Positions 18,534 through 28,471 of a stretch of DNA of 64,000 nucleotides are shown in pieces. The stretch is from an uncultured Candidatus Saccharibacteria bacterium (GTDB taxonomy: Bacteria; Patescibacteriota; Dojkabacteria; SC72). Numbering within the stretch: position 1 is the first letter of the stretch; each line of letters opens with the position of its first letter. Position numbers and translations under genes: made by a program. The stretch lies in NCBI GenBank assembly GCA_964618765.1, contig CAZUDZ010000002.1:66129-130128 (forward strand), written 5' to 3'. The notes below the pieces were generated by a model that saw nothing but the letters and a program-made list of their open reading frames with translations, had not been told where the DNA came from and did no database searches.

Positions 18534-21500
18534 AAACGGATTTGAAAACTTTGATGTCCTGCAGTTAACTCTTGCGTCCCCTGATCAAATTATGGAGTGG
18601 TCATACGGAGAGGTAACTAAAGCAGAAACCATTAATTACAGGACATTTAGGGCTGAACCAGATGGACTCTTCTGTGAAAAAATATTTGGTCCAACAAAAA
18701 ACTACGAATGTTACTGTGGAAAATACAAAAAGATTAGATACAAGGGCATAGTATGTGACAAATGTGGCGTAGAGGTAACAACTCAAGATTCAAGAAGAGA
18801 GAGGATGGGTCATATTAACCTAGCTGTTCCAGTAACTCATGTTTGGTTTGCCTACGGAATTCCCAACAAGATGTCTATTGTATTAAATATGCCTCACAAA
18901 AAACTTCTCTCAGTAATCTACTATACAAGGTATATGGTTGTTGAGGTAGAGAAGCAGAAGAGGAAAGAGATAATTGAAAGAGCAACCCAATTAAGAGAAG
19001 AAGAGGTAACAGAGCTAGAAAGTCAATTGGAAAAAGAGTTGAAACAAACAGCGCAAGATTTCAAAGATCAATCAAAGGATTTAAAGAAATCTAAAGACAA
19101 GAAAAACGATTTCAAGATTAGCCAGATAGATCATAGAGAGAAGCAAGCCTTAGCTAGAGTTAGAAAAGAGTTTGCAGAGAAAGAAGAACAAATAGATTCT
19201 TTCTATCAAAGAATTATTCAAATACTTACAAAATTAAAAGTAGGAACAGTTCTTTCAGAGGACGAATATATGGATCTTTTGGAAAGAGATTTAATGTTCT
19301 TTGAAGCGATGATGGGAGCGGATGCCATAGAGAGACTTCTAGGAAAGTTAGATCTAAAGAAAGAGATAGCGAAATTGAGACTAAAAGCAGATAGAGAGAA
19401 AGGCGATAAAAGAGCGAAAACTACAAGAAGAATTCAGTATCTTGAAGGATTTGAAAATAATGAAATGAGTCCTACCTGGATGGTGTTAAGAACATTACCA
19501 GTTCTTCCTCCAGAGTTAAGACCAATAATCCCTCTATCGGGTGGGAAATTTGCAACTTCAGATCTAAATGACCTCTACAGAAGGGTGATCAACAGGAATA
19601 ATAGGTTAGCCAAGTTAGTAGAGATAGGTGCCCCAGAAGTTATTCTAAGAAATGAGAAAAGAATGCTTCAGGAGTCAGTAGATGCATTAATAGACAACTC
19701 ACATAGACCTTCTAAGCCTATGATGAATAGTAAAAGACTTCCTTACCAGGCTCTTACAGATGATTTGAGAGGTAAGAAAGGAATTTTTAGAAAAAATCTA
19801 CTTGGTAAGAGAGTAGACTATTCAGGAAGAGCGGTAATCGAAGGAGATCCAAGTCTTAAATTTGATCAGTGCGGATTGCCTAAATCTATTGCATTGGAAA
19901 TGTTTAAGCCATTCGTAACCTTCCAACTTTTAGATCAAGAACTAGCTCCTAATGTAAGGATTGCTAAGGAGATGATTGAGGAAGAGTCTGATGAGATTTG
20001 GGATATTTTAGAAAAAGTCATACAGAACAGACCCGTACTTCTAAATAGGGCTCCTACTCTACACAAGTACAGTGTTCAGGCGTTCTATCCAAAGCTTGTC
20101 GAAGGAGAGGCAATTAGAATACATCCTTTGGTATGTAAAGCTTTTAACGCAGACTTTGATGGAGACCAAATGGCAGTACATATTCTTTTAACAAAAGATG
20201 CCGAGGAAGAAGCAAGGAAGGATATGATGTCTTCTAAGAACATTGTAAATATATCAAATGGTCAAGTATTAGCTACCCCAGCTAAAGACATGTTGATAGG
20301 GTTCTTCTTAATGACAGATATGAAAGAAGTCAAGAAACCAAGACTTTTTGCTAATGAGCTAGAGGTTATAAGAACATACGAAAGAGGAGAAATATCCATA
20401 GAGGAAGAAATAATAGTTAGAATTAAGGGTAAAACTATACATACTTCTCCAGGTAGGGTCATATTTAATAGTATTCTTCCTGAAGACTATGAATTTGTAA
20501 ATGAACAGATAGATATTAAGTCAATTAACAGAATAATAGTCGAGATTAAAAAGGAAAATCCTTTAGAAGTCGTTGTTGAAATCTTGGATAACCTAAAGCT
20601 CTTAGGCTTTAAATATGCCACTGATTTAGGTTTCTCCTTTGCTATGGAAGATTGTGAAGTAGACTTTGATCTTAAAACAGAGATTAAGAAGATGGAGGAG
20701 AAAGATGAGCAGTTACAAGAAAATTACCTAGAAGGACTTATGACAAAAGCAGAGAAGATAAATATATCTACAAACATGTGGGATGATTTCTCTGGAGAGT
20801 TAGCAGATAAAGCTTGGGAAAAACTGGATACAGACAACCCTATTTATCAAATGGTTGAATCAGGAGGAAATGGAGGTAAGATTCAGGCTAGACAGGTTCT
20901 TACCATAAAAGGAGTAGTAAGAGACTCTAGAGGAAACTCGGTACCAATGCCTATTAAAAGCAACTATCGTGATGGACTTAGTGCTTTTGAATACTTTGTA
21001 GCAGCTAATGGAGGAAGAAAAGGAGTCGCAGATAGGTCTCTTAAGACATCTTCCTCAGGATATCTTACTAGAAAATTGGTAGATGTTGCTCATGATGTCA
21101 TCATAAGATCAGAGGATTGTGGCTATGACGGAGAAGGTTTTGTCATAAGGAAATCAGATGAGAGGAGAATCTCTTTTGAAGATAGAATTTACGGGAGAGT
21201 TCTTGCACAAGATCTTAAGATAGGTAATAAAGTGGTAGCGAAAAAGAACGATGTAGTTACTAAAGATATTGCGGAAGAAATTTTAGATGCAGATATTCCA
21301 GAAATTTTTGTTAGATCTCCAATACTGTGTGAAGCTCCTTTGGGGATGTGTAAGAAGTGTTACGGTTTGAATCTAGAGAATGATGAAGAGATTGAGATGG
21401 GTAAAGCTGTTGGAGTGATAGCAGCTCAGTCCATAGGAGAGCCAGGAACACAGATGACTATGCAAACTTTCCACAAGGGAGGTGTTGCAAAGGTAGATAT

Positions 21501-22401
21501 AACACAAGGTTTGCCAAGAGTAGAGGAACTCTTTGAAGCAAGGACTCCTAAAGCAGAAGCAGAGGTTGCTTCTATCGATGGAAAGGCAATGGTAGAGTTT
21601 GCTGAAGATGAATCTGCAGTAATTACCATTGTAGGGGAGAAGAGGATGGTTAGACACTATGTTGTATCCAAAGCTAAGAAAGTTGCAATAGAAGATGGAC
21701 AGGATGTAAAAACAGGCCAGCTTATGTACATAGATGCTGAGGAGGTAGAAAGACAGGCTCCATTTGATGCTCAAGTAATGTTAAAGGGAGGGATTTTAAC
21801 TGTAGTAGGAAAGGTTAAGGCTGAAGAGGTCATATCCGTTCTTCCAGGAGTAGAGATTTTAATTAAGAATGGAGATACAGTAGAGTCAGGTCGACAACTT
21901 ACAGAAGGATCAATAGACCCTAAGAAACTTACAGAGGTTGCTGATATTGTAACAGCACAGAAGTATATTCTTGACCAAGTACAACAGGTATTTGATGAGC
22001 AAGGAGTTTCAATTGATGATATTCACATTGAAATAATACTTAGACAAATGGTTCGATTAGGGAAAGTATTTGAATCAGGAAATTCCGACTATCTTGTAGG
22101 TTCTCTTGTAAACAAATATCTAGCTGAAGCCAAAAATGAACTCTTGTTGGAAGAAGGAAAGAACAAGGCCTTGATAATTCCTAAGATGCTTGGTATAAAG
22201 ACATCTGCCTTACATACAGAAAGCTTCCTTTCTGCAATCTCCTTCCAGGAGCAAGTAAGAGTCTTAACTAGCACTGCCATATTGGGTAAGAAGGATTATT
22301 TAAGAGGTATGAAAGAAAATGTAATCATAGGTAGGCCAATCCCAGTTGGAGAAGGAGCAGAGATAAAGGATATAAGAGAGATACCAGAGCTTAATTTTTA
22401 A
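18520..22401 (+). CDS. rpoC: DNA-directed RNA polymerase subunit beta'
   Basis: Zinc-binding CYCGKYKKIRYKGIVCDKCG; catalytic NADFDGDQM; 14-nt overlap with the rpoB stop; 1293 aa. Confidence 0.97.
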   Translation: MKKSKNGFENFDVLQLTLASPDQIMEWSYGEVTKAETINYRTFRAEPDGLFCEKIFGPTKNYECYCGKYKKIRYKGIVCDKCGVEVTTQDSRRERMGHINLAVPVTHVWFAYGIPNKMSIVLNMPHKKLLSVIYYTRYMVVEVEKQKRKEIIERATQLREEEVTELESQLEKELKQTAQDFKDQSKDLKKSKDKKNDFKISQIDHREKQALARVRKEFAEKEEQIDSFYQRIIQILTKLKVGTVLSEDEYMDLLERDLMFFEAMMGADAIERLLGKLDLKKEIAKLRLKADREKGDKRAKTTRRIQYLEGFENNEMSPTWMVLRTLPVLPPELRPIIPLSGGKFATSDLNDLYRRVINRNNRLAKLVEIGAPEVILRNEKRMLQESVDALIDNSHRPSKPMMNSKRLPYQALTDDLRGKKGIFRKNLLGKRVDYSGRAVIEGDPSLKFDQCGLPKSIALEMFKPFVTFQLLDQELAPNVRIAKEMIEEESDEIWDILEKVIQNRPVLLNRAPTLHKYSVQAFYPKLVEGEAIRIHPLVCKAFNADFDGDQMAVHILLTKDAEEEARKDMMSSKNIVNISNGQVLATPAKDMLIGFFLMTDMKEVKKPRLFANELEVIRTYERGEISIEEEIIVRIKGKTIHTSPGRVIFNSILPEDYEFVNEQIDIKSINRIIVEIKKENPLEVVVEILDNLKLLGFKYATDLGFSFAMEDCEVDFDLKTEIKKMEEKDEQLQENYLEGLMTKAEKINISTNMWDDFSGELADKAWEKLDTDNPIYQMVESGGNGGKIQARQVLTIKGVVRDSRGNSVPMPIKSNYRDGLSAFEYFVAANGGRKGVADRSLKTSSSGYLTRKLVDVAHDVIIRSEDCGYDGEGFVIRKSDERRISFEDRIYGRVLAQDLKIGNKVVAKKNDVVTKDIAEEILDADIPEIFVRSPILCEAPLGMCKKCYGLNLENDEEIEMGKAVGVIAAQSIGEPGTQMTMQTFHKGGVAKVDITQGLPRVEELFEARTPKAEAEVASIDGKAMVEFAEDESAVITIVGEKRMVRHYVVSKAKKVAIEDGQDVKTGQLMYIDAEEVERQAPFDAQVMLKGGILTVVGKVKAEEVISVLPGVEILIKNGDTVESGRQLTEGSIDPKKLTEVADIVTAQKYILDQVQQVFDEQGVSIDDIHIEIILRQMVRLGKVFESGNSDYLVGSLVNKYLAEAKNELLLEEGKNKALIIPKMLGIKTSALHTESFLSAISFQEQVRVLTSTAILGKKDYLRGMKENVIIGRPIPVGEGAEIKDIREIPELNF

Positions 22402-22427
22402 GTAGTTTTAATATATAATACGATGCG

Positions 22428-22847
22428 ATGCCAACAATAAACCAATTAATAAGAAAACCTAGAAAGCCCCAAGCTAAGAAAGCTAAACATATACAGCTTG
22501 CGAGGAATTTTAATCCTTTGAAGAATAGGTATAAAAAAACACCTAATCCCTTCAAGAGGGCTGTATGTTTACAAGTTAAAACAATGACACCAAAGAAACC
22601 TAACTCTGCTTTAAGAAAAGTAGCGAGGGTAAGGCTATCTAATGGTATGGAAGTTACCGCATATATTCCAGGGGAAGGACATAATCTACAGGAACACTCA
22701 GTAGTTCTGGTTAAGGCTGGAAGAAAAAGAGACCTTCCTGGGGTTAAATATATTGTCGTAAGAGGAAAGTACGATGCAGCAGGGGTTAAGGGCAGGAAAA
22801 AGGCACGATCTAAATATGGAGTTAAGAGGGAAGATATAGAAGAATAA
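22428..22847 (+). CDS. rpsL: 30S ribosomal protein S12
   Basis: [11 protein letters not shown]-terminus; [10 protein letters not shown] motif; 139 aa. Confidence 0.95.
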   Translation: MPTINQLIRKPRKPQAKKAKHIQLARNFNPLKNRYKKTPNPFKRAVCLQVKTMTPKKPNSALRKVARVRLSNGMEVTAYIPGEGHNLQEHSVVLVKAGRKRDLPGVKYIVVRGKYDAAGVKGRKKARSKYGVKREDIEE

Positions 22848-22873
22848 GAAACTTTTAATTAAAAATAACTACA

Positions 22874-23344
22874 ATGAGAGGTAAAAGAGCAAAAAAAAGA
22901 GAACAGAAAGGGGATAGGAAATACGGGAATGTTTTAATCAACAGATTAATAAATAAGGTAATGCAAGGTGGAAGGAAGTCATTGGCAGAAAGAATTGTTT
23001 ATGATTCTCTTGATAAAGCAACAGAAATAGTAAAAGAAAAGGATGTGACTGCCTTTATAGATAAGGTTGTAGACAATATTAGACCTGCCTTAGAGATCAA
23101 GGCTCGAAGAGTAGGAGGTGCAAACTATCAGGTCCCTGTTCCTGTTTCTCCTAAGAGACAGGAAGCATTGGCAATAAGGTGGATAGTAGATAGTACAAGA
23201 AATAAATCAGGAAAATCCTTTGAGGAGCTTTTAATAACTGAACTAACAAACGCATATAATGGAGAGGGAGATGCTATTAGAAAGAAACAGGAGACAGAAA
23301 GAATGGCAGAAGCAAACAAAGCTTTCGCACACTTCAGATGGTAA
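22874..23344 (+). CDS. rpsG: 30S ribosomal protein S7
   Basis: Typical S7 sequence including RVGGANYQVPVPV; ends in W; 156 aa. Confidence 0.95.
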   Translation: MRGKRAKKREQKGDRKYGNVLINRLINKVMQGGRKSLAERIVYDSLDKATEIVKEKDVTAFIDKVVDNIRPALEIKARRVGGANYQVPVPVSPKRQEALAIRWIVDSTRNKSGKSFEELLITELTNAYNGEGDAIRKKQETERMAEANKAFAHFRW

Positions 23345-23386
23345 ATCTGTTTTAGAAATTCCTACACAGTGAAACTAAGATCTTAA

Positions 23387-24328
23387 CTACTTTGTGCTTT
23401 CTATTCTTTCCCAACCATCTTTAGGCATTCCCTTCTTTAAAACATTATGTTGCCAAAATATCTTAATCCAGGTTATCAATCTTACGGGGAATAGGAGAAG
23501 AGACCAGAAGAACTCTTCGATATTCTTTGCGTATCTTAATACAAAAAAGGTGTACTTTAGCTCAATAAAGAAGCTTCTACTCTGTTTATCCTTGTTGAAT
23601 ATCCCCATCTTCTTAAGTTGCTTAAAACCTCCGATAGATCTAACTTTCTGCTTGTAGTAATCCTTTAAGTTTGTAGGATATTTAACATAGCAAATAGCAG
23701 TAGGTGTATAGGCAATATCTAGGTTCATATTTCTGAGAATATAGGAAACATATGCATCATCAGACAAAACATTAGGAGGGATATCAAAATCAACATTTCT
23801 GACAGCCATAATATATCCACTCATGGGGAAAAAGGTCTTCTTACTTACAAAGTACTTTTTTCCTTCAATCATTTCCATGGTATTTCTTCTTCTGTGGTCA
23901 CCCGAATCTGCTAATAGGTTGCCCCAATACCCGTAGCAATTATCCTTCCTATCTTGAGAAATAGGTCTCCCACTGACTCCTCCGACATTCTCAAGCTCAA
24001 ATGGTTTAAGTAATTCTCTTACAGAGTTTCTTTCAAAGTATACATCTCCATCCGTAAGGACAATTATATCTCCTTTCGCCTTCTTAAAGGCCATCTTAAG
24101 TGCATACGGTTTCCCTCTTTTAGGATCCCTGATTTGGATGTACTGCTTTTTACTTAAACCTAGCTTATGAGCTTCTTTTTTACCTTGTTTAAGAGTTAAC
24201 TCATCTGGAGATACTTGGATAATTTCAAATGGAGTAGGGATGCCAGAGTAGTTCCGATCTGCAATAGAGGAGATACATTTCCTTATCGTGTGTGGTTCTT
24301 TAAAGGATGTAATGATAACTGAAATCAT
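23387..24328 (-). CDS. Family 2 glycosyltransferase
   Basis: ATG start; N-terminal ISVIITSFKEP and DxD-region LTDGDVYF typical of the GT-A/GT2 fold; convergent with rpsG. Confidence 0.7.
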   Translation of the reverse strand: MISVIITSFKEPHTIRKCISSIADRNYSGIPTPFEIIQVSPDELTLKQGKKEAHKLGLSKKQYIQIRDPKRGKPYALKMAFKKAKGDIIVLTDGDVYFERNSVRELLKPFELENVGGVSGRPISQDRKDNCYGYWGNLLADSGDHRRRNTMEMIEGKKYFVSKKTFFPMSGYIMAVRNVDFDIPPNVLSDDAYVSYILRNMNLDIAYTPTAICYVKYPTNLKDYYKQKVRSIGGFKQLKKMGIFNKDKQSRSFFIELKYTFFVLRYAKNIEEFFWSLLLFPVRLITWIKIFWQHNVLKKGMPKDGWERIESTK

Positions 24329-24372
24329 ATGTCATTATATCGTACAACAGTCCAAATTTGAAAGGCTCCTGT

Positions 24373-25050
24373 CTATTCCTCCTCTTTCTTTCCCTTTGCT
24401 GTTTCCTCTGTGCTCTCTTCCTCTCCTTCTTCTCCCTCTTCGCCTTCCTCTCCTTCTTCCTCTTCCACTACTTCAGGTTCTTCTATAACAACCTCTTCCT
24501 GTAGCTCAGTTATTGTTACTACGGTAGTCTCTGCAAGATCTTCATTTACTAAAGAAATATTTTGAGGAATATCTAATTCATTTAAAGATATTGATTGCCC
24601 AGGGTGTTCTAATCCAGAAACATTTACCTCAATGGATGGAATTAACTCAGAAAGTTTACACTTAACATCTATGGAAGAAAGAACCTCGACTAATATACCA
24701 AGGTTGTTCTTAACGGCTGGAGCAATACCTGTGATATTGAATGGAATGGTAAATACCATCTCACGATCTTTATCAATTTCAAAAAAGGCCATGTGCCTGA
24801 TTTTTTCTGTTAAAGGATTTATATCTATCTCTTTTACAATCACTTTTATGTCTTTGCCATCGTATTGGGCATCAAGTACTGTAGCTGATGTAACTTCTTC
24901 AAGCACTTTACTAGCAATAGAGTACTCAATTTTGATGTTGTGTGAATCTCCCTTTGAGTTGTAAACAACCGCGGGAATAAAACCTTCCTTTGTTAGTTTC
25001 CTATTCTCTTTTCCAGTAACACTTCTTTTTTCTAAAATGATTTTCTCCAT
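24373..25050 (-). CDS. rplY: 50S ribosomal protein L25 / general stress protein Ctc with acidic C-terminal tail (start moved to internal ATG at 25050; listed ORF begins at a TTG)
   Basis: MEKIILEKRSVTGKENRKLTKEGFIPAVVYN matches the L25 N-terminus; C-terminal EEGEEGEEGEE low-complexity tail. Confidence 0.8.
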   Translation of the reverse strand: MEKIILEKRSVTGKENRKLTKEGFIPAVVYNSKGDSHNIKIEYSIASKVLEEVTSATVLDAQYDGKDIKVIVKEIDINPLTEKIRHMAFFEIDKDREMVFTIPFNITGIAPAVKNNLGILVEVLSSIDVKCKLSELIPSIEVNVSGLEHPGQSISLNELDIPQNISLVNEDLAETTVVTITELQEEVVIEEPEVVEEEEGEEGEEGEEGEEESTEETAKGKKEEE

Positions 25051-25105
25051 AACGAGTAGGAGTATATCAAAAAAAGATACAAGGAGCAATAACTTCCCTC
25101 TGTTA

Positions 25106-25134
25106 TTGACAGCTTCTTAATCTTCGACTATACT
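25106..25134 (+). promoter_or_regulatory. Sigma70-type promoter for hrcA-grpE-dnaK: TTGACA (25106-25111), 17-nt spacer, TATACT (25129-25134)
   Basis: Perfect -35 hexamer, 17-nt spacer and a 4/6 match to the -10 consensus, immediately upstream of the CIRCE-like inverted repeat. Confidence 0.5.
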
Positions 25135-25161
25135 TTAGCAGTTAATCTTTACTTTTGCTAA
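25135..25161 (+). promoter_or_regulatory. CIRCE-like HrcA operator (divergent): TTAGCAGTT-N9-TTTTGCTAA
   Basis: 27-nt element whose outer arms TTAGCA/TGCTAA form a perfect inverted repeat with the canonical CIRCE 9-N9-9 spacing; sits between the -10 box and the hrcA ATG at 25164. Confidence 0.5.
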
Positions 25162-25163
25162 AA

Positions 25164-25889
25164 ATGGATTTAACAGAGAGACAAAAAGAGATATTAATGG
25201 CAGTAATAAAGGAATTTATGGGAGAGGCGTCGGAGGTTGGATCTCTTGCTCTTTTAGAAAAATATGACTTAGGAGTAAGTTCTGCCACAGTTAGGAACGA
25301 AATGGTTAAATTAATGAGATTGGGACTTTTGGAAAAGAGTCATATATCTTCAGGAAGGCTTCCTACAGATCAAGCTCTAAGGTTGTATGTTACAAAGTAT
25401 CTAGATCGAGATAGTCTGAATCCTTTGGTTATGGTGGAGATAAGGCAGGGAATCTTTAGAGACAGGTTTTCTAAGGAGAGTGTCATTAAGGCAATTTTAC
25501 GAATACTCTCAAAAGAGACAGGGTCTTTAGCATTCATGATTCTCAACGAAGATATTCGAGCATATGGATATTCAAATCTACTCAAGTATGAGGAGTTTAG
25601 AGATATTGATACGATAGAGACAATTATGAACATTATTGAGGATGGAGTGTTCTTGCCTAATTTAGTTGAGAAATATTCTGGATCCGGGGTATCTTTACTA
25701 ATAGGGGAAGAGTGTGGAGTTGAGAACCTATCAAATTGTGCCCTAGCCTTTGCTCAAGTTACATTTTGGGAAGAGGACAGAGCATTTGTAGGGATAATTA
25801 GTTCTAAGAGGATGGAGTATTCGAAAGTGTTAGCAGCTTTAAGTGAAGTAAAAAGTGCATTAACAAATTCCATCTCAGGATGGAGATAA
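25164..25889 (+). CDS. hrcA: Heat-inducible transcription repressor HrcA (short form, 242 aa from ATG 25164; the listed ORF begins at an upstream TTG)
   Basis: MDLTERQKEILMAVIKEF...SSATVRNEM...SSGRLPTDQALRLYV matches the HrcA winged-HTH N-terminus; first gene of the hrcA-grpE-dnaK arrangement. Confidence 0.75.
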   Translation: MDLTERQKEILMAVIKEFMGEASEVGSLALLEKYDLGVSSATVRNEMVKLMRLGLLEKSHISSGRLPTDQALRLYVTKYLDRDSLNPLVMVEIRQGIFRDRFSKESVIKAILRILSKETGSLAFMILNEDIRAYGYSNLLKYEEFRDIDTIETIMNIIEDGVFLPNLVEKYSGSGVSLLIGEECGVENLSNCALAFAQVTFWEEDRAFVGIISSKRMEYSKVLAALSEVKSALTNSISGWR

Positions 25890-25906
25890 TTTAAGAAGGG
25901 ATTTTA

Positions 25907-26437
25907 ATGGAAGATTCAAAAGGAGTGAAGAAAAAGAAAAGTAACCAAGTAAAAGAATTACAAGAAAGGGTTCAGAGGCTTGCGTTAACAATAGATGAAG
26001 TAGAGGATGAAAAGCTAGAAGTTGAGAATCAACTGAAAAGAGCCCTTGCTGACTATCATAATCTTCTTAAAAATTCTGAGAAGAGAGATCAGATTAGATT
26101 GTTGCAAACCAAAAAGGAACTTTTTGAAGCCATAATACCTACTCTAGATGCCTTAATGCTAGGGATTGTTGCTAGTAGGGATGTGAATATAGATGAGAAA
26201 GGGAAGTCTTGGCTAGAAGGAATAAAGGCTAGTGTAGAGGGACTAATGAAAGCTCTTAAGGAAATTGGTTTTGAGCAGTATATGCCCGAAAAAGGTCAAG
26301 AGTTTGATGGAGAGATTCACGAAGCAGTAGCGACAGTCCCAGAGGGTAAGAAAGGGAAAATATATGACATTGTACAACCGGGATACATTTTAAATGATTC
26401 TGTAGTACGACCCGCAAGAGTCGTAGTATCGAAGTAA
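25907..26437 (+). CDS. grpE: Nucleotide exchange factor GrpE
   Basis: Coiled-coil N-terminus and C-terminal beta domain (ARVVVSK); position between hrcA and dnaK. Confidence 0.85.
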   Translation: MEDSKGVKKKKSNQVKELQERVQRLALTIDEVEDEKLEVENQLKRALADYHNLLKNSEKRDQIRLLQTKKELFEAIIPTLDALMLGIVASRDVNIDEKGKSWLEGIKASVEGLMKALKEIGFEQYMPEKGQEFDGEIHEAVATVPEGKKGKIYDIVQPGYILNDSVVRPARVVVSK

Positions 26438-26461
26438 AGTTAAATTATTAAATAAAATAAT

Positions 26462-28384
26462 ATGTCTAAAATAATAGGAATAGATTTAGGAACCACTAAC
26501 TCAGGTATGGCCTACATGGAGGGTGGTAAGCCTAATATAATACCCAATACACAGGGAGGGAGATTAACTCCTTCTGTAGTAGCAGAGGATGAAAAGGGAG
26601 AAGTTCTAGTCGGGACTCCTGCAAAGAATCAGGCTGTTACAAACCCAGAGGGTACAATCTACTCAGTTAAAAGATTAATTGGTAGATCTTGGGATGATCC
26701 TGAAGTAAAAAAGGATAAAGAGTTACTCCCTTTTGAAATGAGGAAGTCGGATAGTGGGGGCCTTGAGGTTAAAATGGGAAGTAAGTGGTACTCTCCTCAA
26801 GAGATTTCAGCCAAGATTTTGGCGAAGATGAAGAAAGATGCCGAGGAGTTCTTGGGAGAAGAAGTTAAGGAGGCTGTAATTACTGTCCCAGCATATTTCG
26901 ATGATTCTCAAAGACAAGCTACTAAAGATGCAGGGAAAATAGCAGGGTTAGTAGTTAAGAGGATAGTGAACGAACCAACTGCTGCAGCCTTAGCCTATGG
27001 TGTAGATAAAGGGAAGGACGAGAAAGTTGCAATATTTGACCTAGGTGGAGGAACATTTGACATCTCTATACTGGAAATGGGAGAGGGTGTTTTCGAAGTA
27101 CTTTCAACAAATGGGGATACTCATTTAGGGGGAGACGACTTTGATCAAAGAATAATAGATTACATAGCTGACAAATTCAAAGAGAAAGAAAACTTCGACC
27201 TTAGGGAAGATAGAACAGCACTTCAAAGATTAAGGGAGGCGGCAGAGAAAGCTAAGGTAGAATTGTCTACTTCAGAAGAGACAGACATCAATGTCCCATA
27301 TATTACAGCTACTGACAAAGGCCCAAAACATCTTAAAGAGAAATTAACAAGATCAGAGCTAGAGAAAATAACTGCAGATTTAATTGAACAAACAGTTAAA
27401 CCATCCGAAAAAGCTCTTAAAGATGCAGGACTAAAGAAAGAAGATATTAACCAAGTACTTCTAGTTGGGGGAATGACAAGAATGCCCGCAATAGTGAAGA
27501 AAGTAGAAGAGATTTTCGGTAAAGAACCAAACAAAGGTGTAAATCCTGATGAAATAGTAGCTATTGGGGCTGCTATTCAGGCGGGAGTATTAGCTGGAGA
27601 TGTTAAGGATATAACTCTTCTAGATGTAACTCCTCTATCTTTAGGTTTAGAAACTCTTGGAGGAGTAATGACAAAACTAATAGATAGAAATACAACAATC
27701 CCTGTTGAAAAGAAACAGATATTCTCTACAGCAGCAGATAATCAACCAGGTGTAGAAATACATATTCTTCAAGGAGAAAGAGAAATGGCTGCAGATAATA
27801 AGACCCTTGGAACATTTATCTTAGATGGTATCCCACCTGCTCCAAGAGGAGTACCCCAGATTGAGGTTACCTTCTCAATAGATGCTAACGGTATTTTAAA
27901 TGTTAAAGCTGTAGATTTGGCAACTAAAAAGGAACAGAAGATTACCATTACAGCATCTACGAGTCTTAAAGAGGAGGAGATAGAGCAGATGGTAGAAGAA
28001 AGTAAGAAGTTTGCCGAAGAAGATAAGAAGAAGAGAGAGAGGGCGGAAGTAAGGAATAATGCAGATACTCTTTGCTTTAGTGCAGAGAATTTAATAAAAG
28101 AAAATAAAGATAAGATTGATGAGAAGGAGAAAGAAGAATTAGAGAAACTTTCGGAGGAGCTTAAGAAATTAATAGAGAAAGAGGATTTCGACAAGGAAGA
28201 GGTAGAAAAGAAAACAGAAGTACTGTCTGAGAAGATGCAAGAGATTGGGAAGAAGATGTATGAACAGGCAAGTAAGGAGCAAAAAGAGGAAGAAGAGGAA
28301 AAGGATGGGAAGGAAAATAAGGAAGGAGATCAGAAAAAAGAAGGAGAAGAAGTGAAAGAGGGAGAGGTAGTCGAGGAGGAGTAA
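26462..28384 (+). CDS. dnaK: Chaperone DnaK (Hsp70) with long KE-rich acidic C-terminal tail
   Basis: [18 protein letters not shown] and [11 protein letters not shown] Hsp70 signatures; 640 aa. Confidence 0.97.
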   Translation: MSKIIGIDLGTTNSGMAYMEGGKPNIIPNTQGGRLTPSVVAEDEKGEVLVGTPAKNQAVTNPEGTIYSVKRLIGRSWDDPEVKKDKELLPFEMRKSDSGGLEVKMGSKWYSPQEISAKILAKMKKDAEEFLGEEVKEAVITVPAYFDDSQRQATKDAGKIAGLVVKRIVNEPTAAALAYGVDKGKDEKVAIFDLGGGTFDISILEMGEGVFEVLSTNGDTHLGGDDFDQRIIDYIADKFKEKENFDLREDRTALQRLREAAEKAKVELSTSEETDINVPYITATDKGPKHLKEKLTRSELEKITADLIEQTVKPSEKALKDAGLKKEDINQVLLVGGMTRMPAIVKKVEEIFGKEPNKGVNPDEIVAIGAAIQAGVLAGDVKDITLLDVTPLSLGLETLGGVMTKLIDRNTTIPVEKKQIFSTAADNQPGVEIHILQGEREMAADNKTLGTFILDGIPPAPRGVPQIEVTFSIDANGILNVKAVDLATKKEQKITITASTSLKEEEIEQMVEESKKFAEEDKKKRERAEVRNNADTLCFSAENLIKENKDKIDEKEKEELEKLSEELKKLIEKEDFDKEEVEKKTEVLSEKMQEIGKKMYEQASKEQKEEEEEKDGKENKEGDQKKEGEEVKEGEVVEEE

Positions 28385-28395
28385 AACCATAAGGG

Positions 28396-28431
28396 ATATG
28401 GGAGAAAGCAGTTGGCGTTCTCCCATATTTA
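28396..28431 (+). terminator. Rho-independent terminator after dnaK (stem TATGGGAGAA / TTCTCCCATA, 11-nt loop, TTTAT tail)
   Basis: Perfect 10-bp inverted repeat at 28397-28406 and 28418-28427, followed by a T-rich run. Confidence 0.6.
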
Positions 28432-28471
28432 TGGTAGCATTTAGACATTAATATAGGATTCCTGTCCCATA

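Noticed and set aside
24400-24470. GAAGGAGAAGG-type short tandem repeats (and similar at 28290-28380)
   Set aside because: They lie inside coding sequence and encode the acidic EEGEEG / KEEEEE tails of L25/Ctc and DnaK. They are not a CRISPR array or non-coding microsatellite. The antisense ORFs 28161-28448 and 28169-28426 are mirror artefacts of this low-complexity region.
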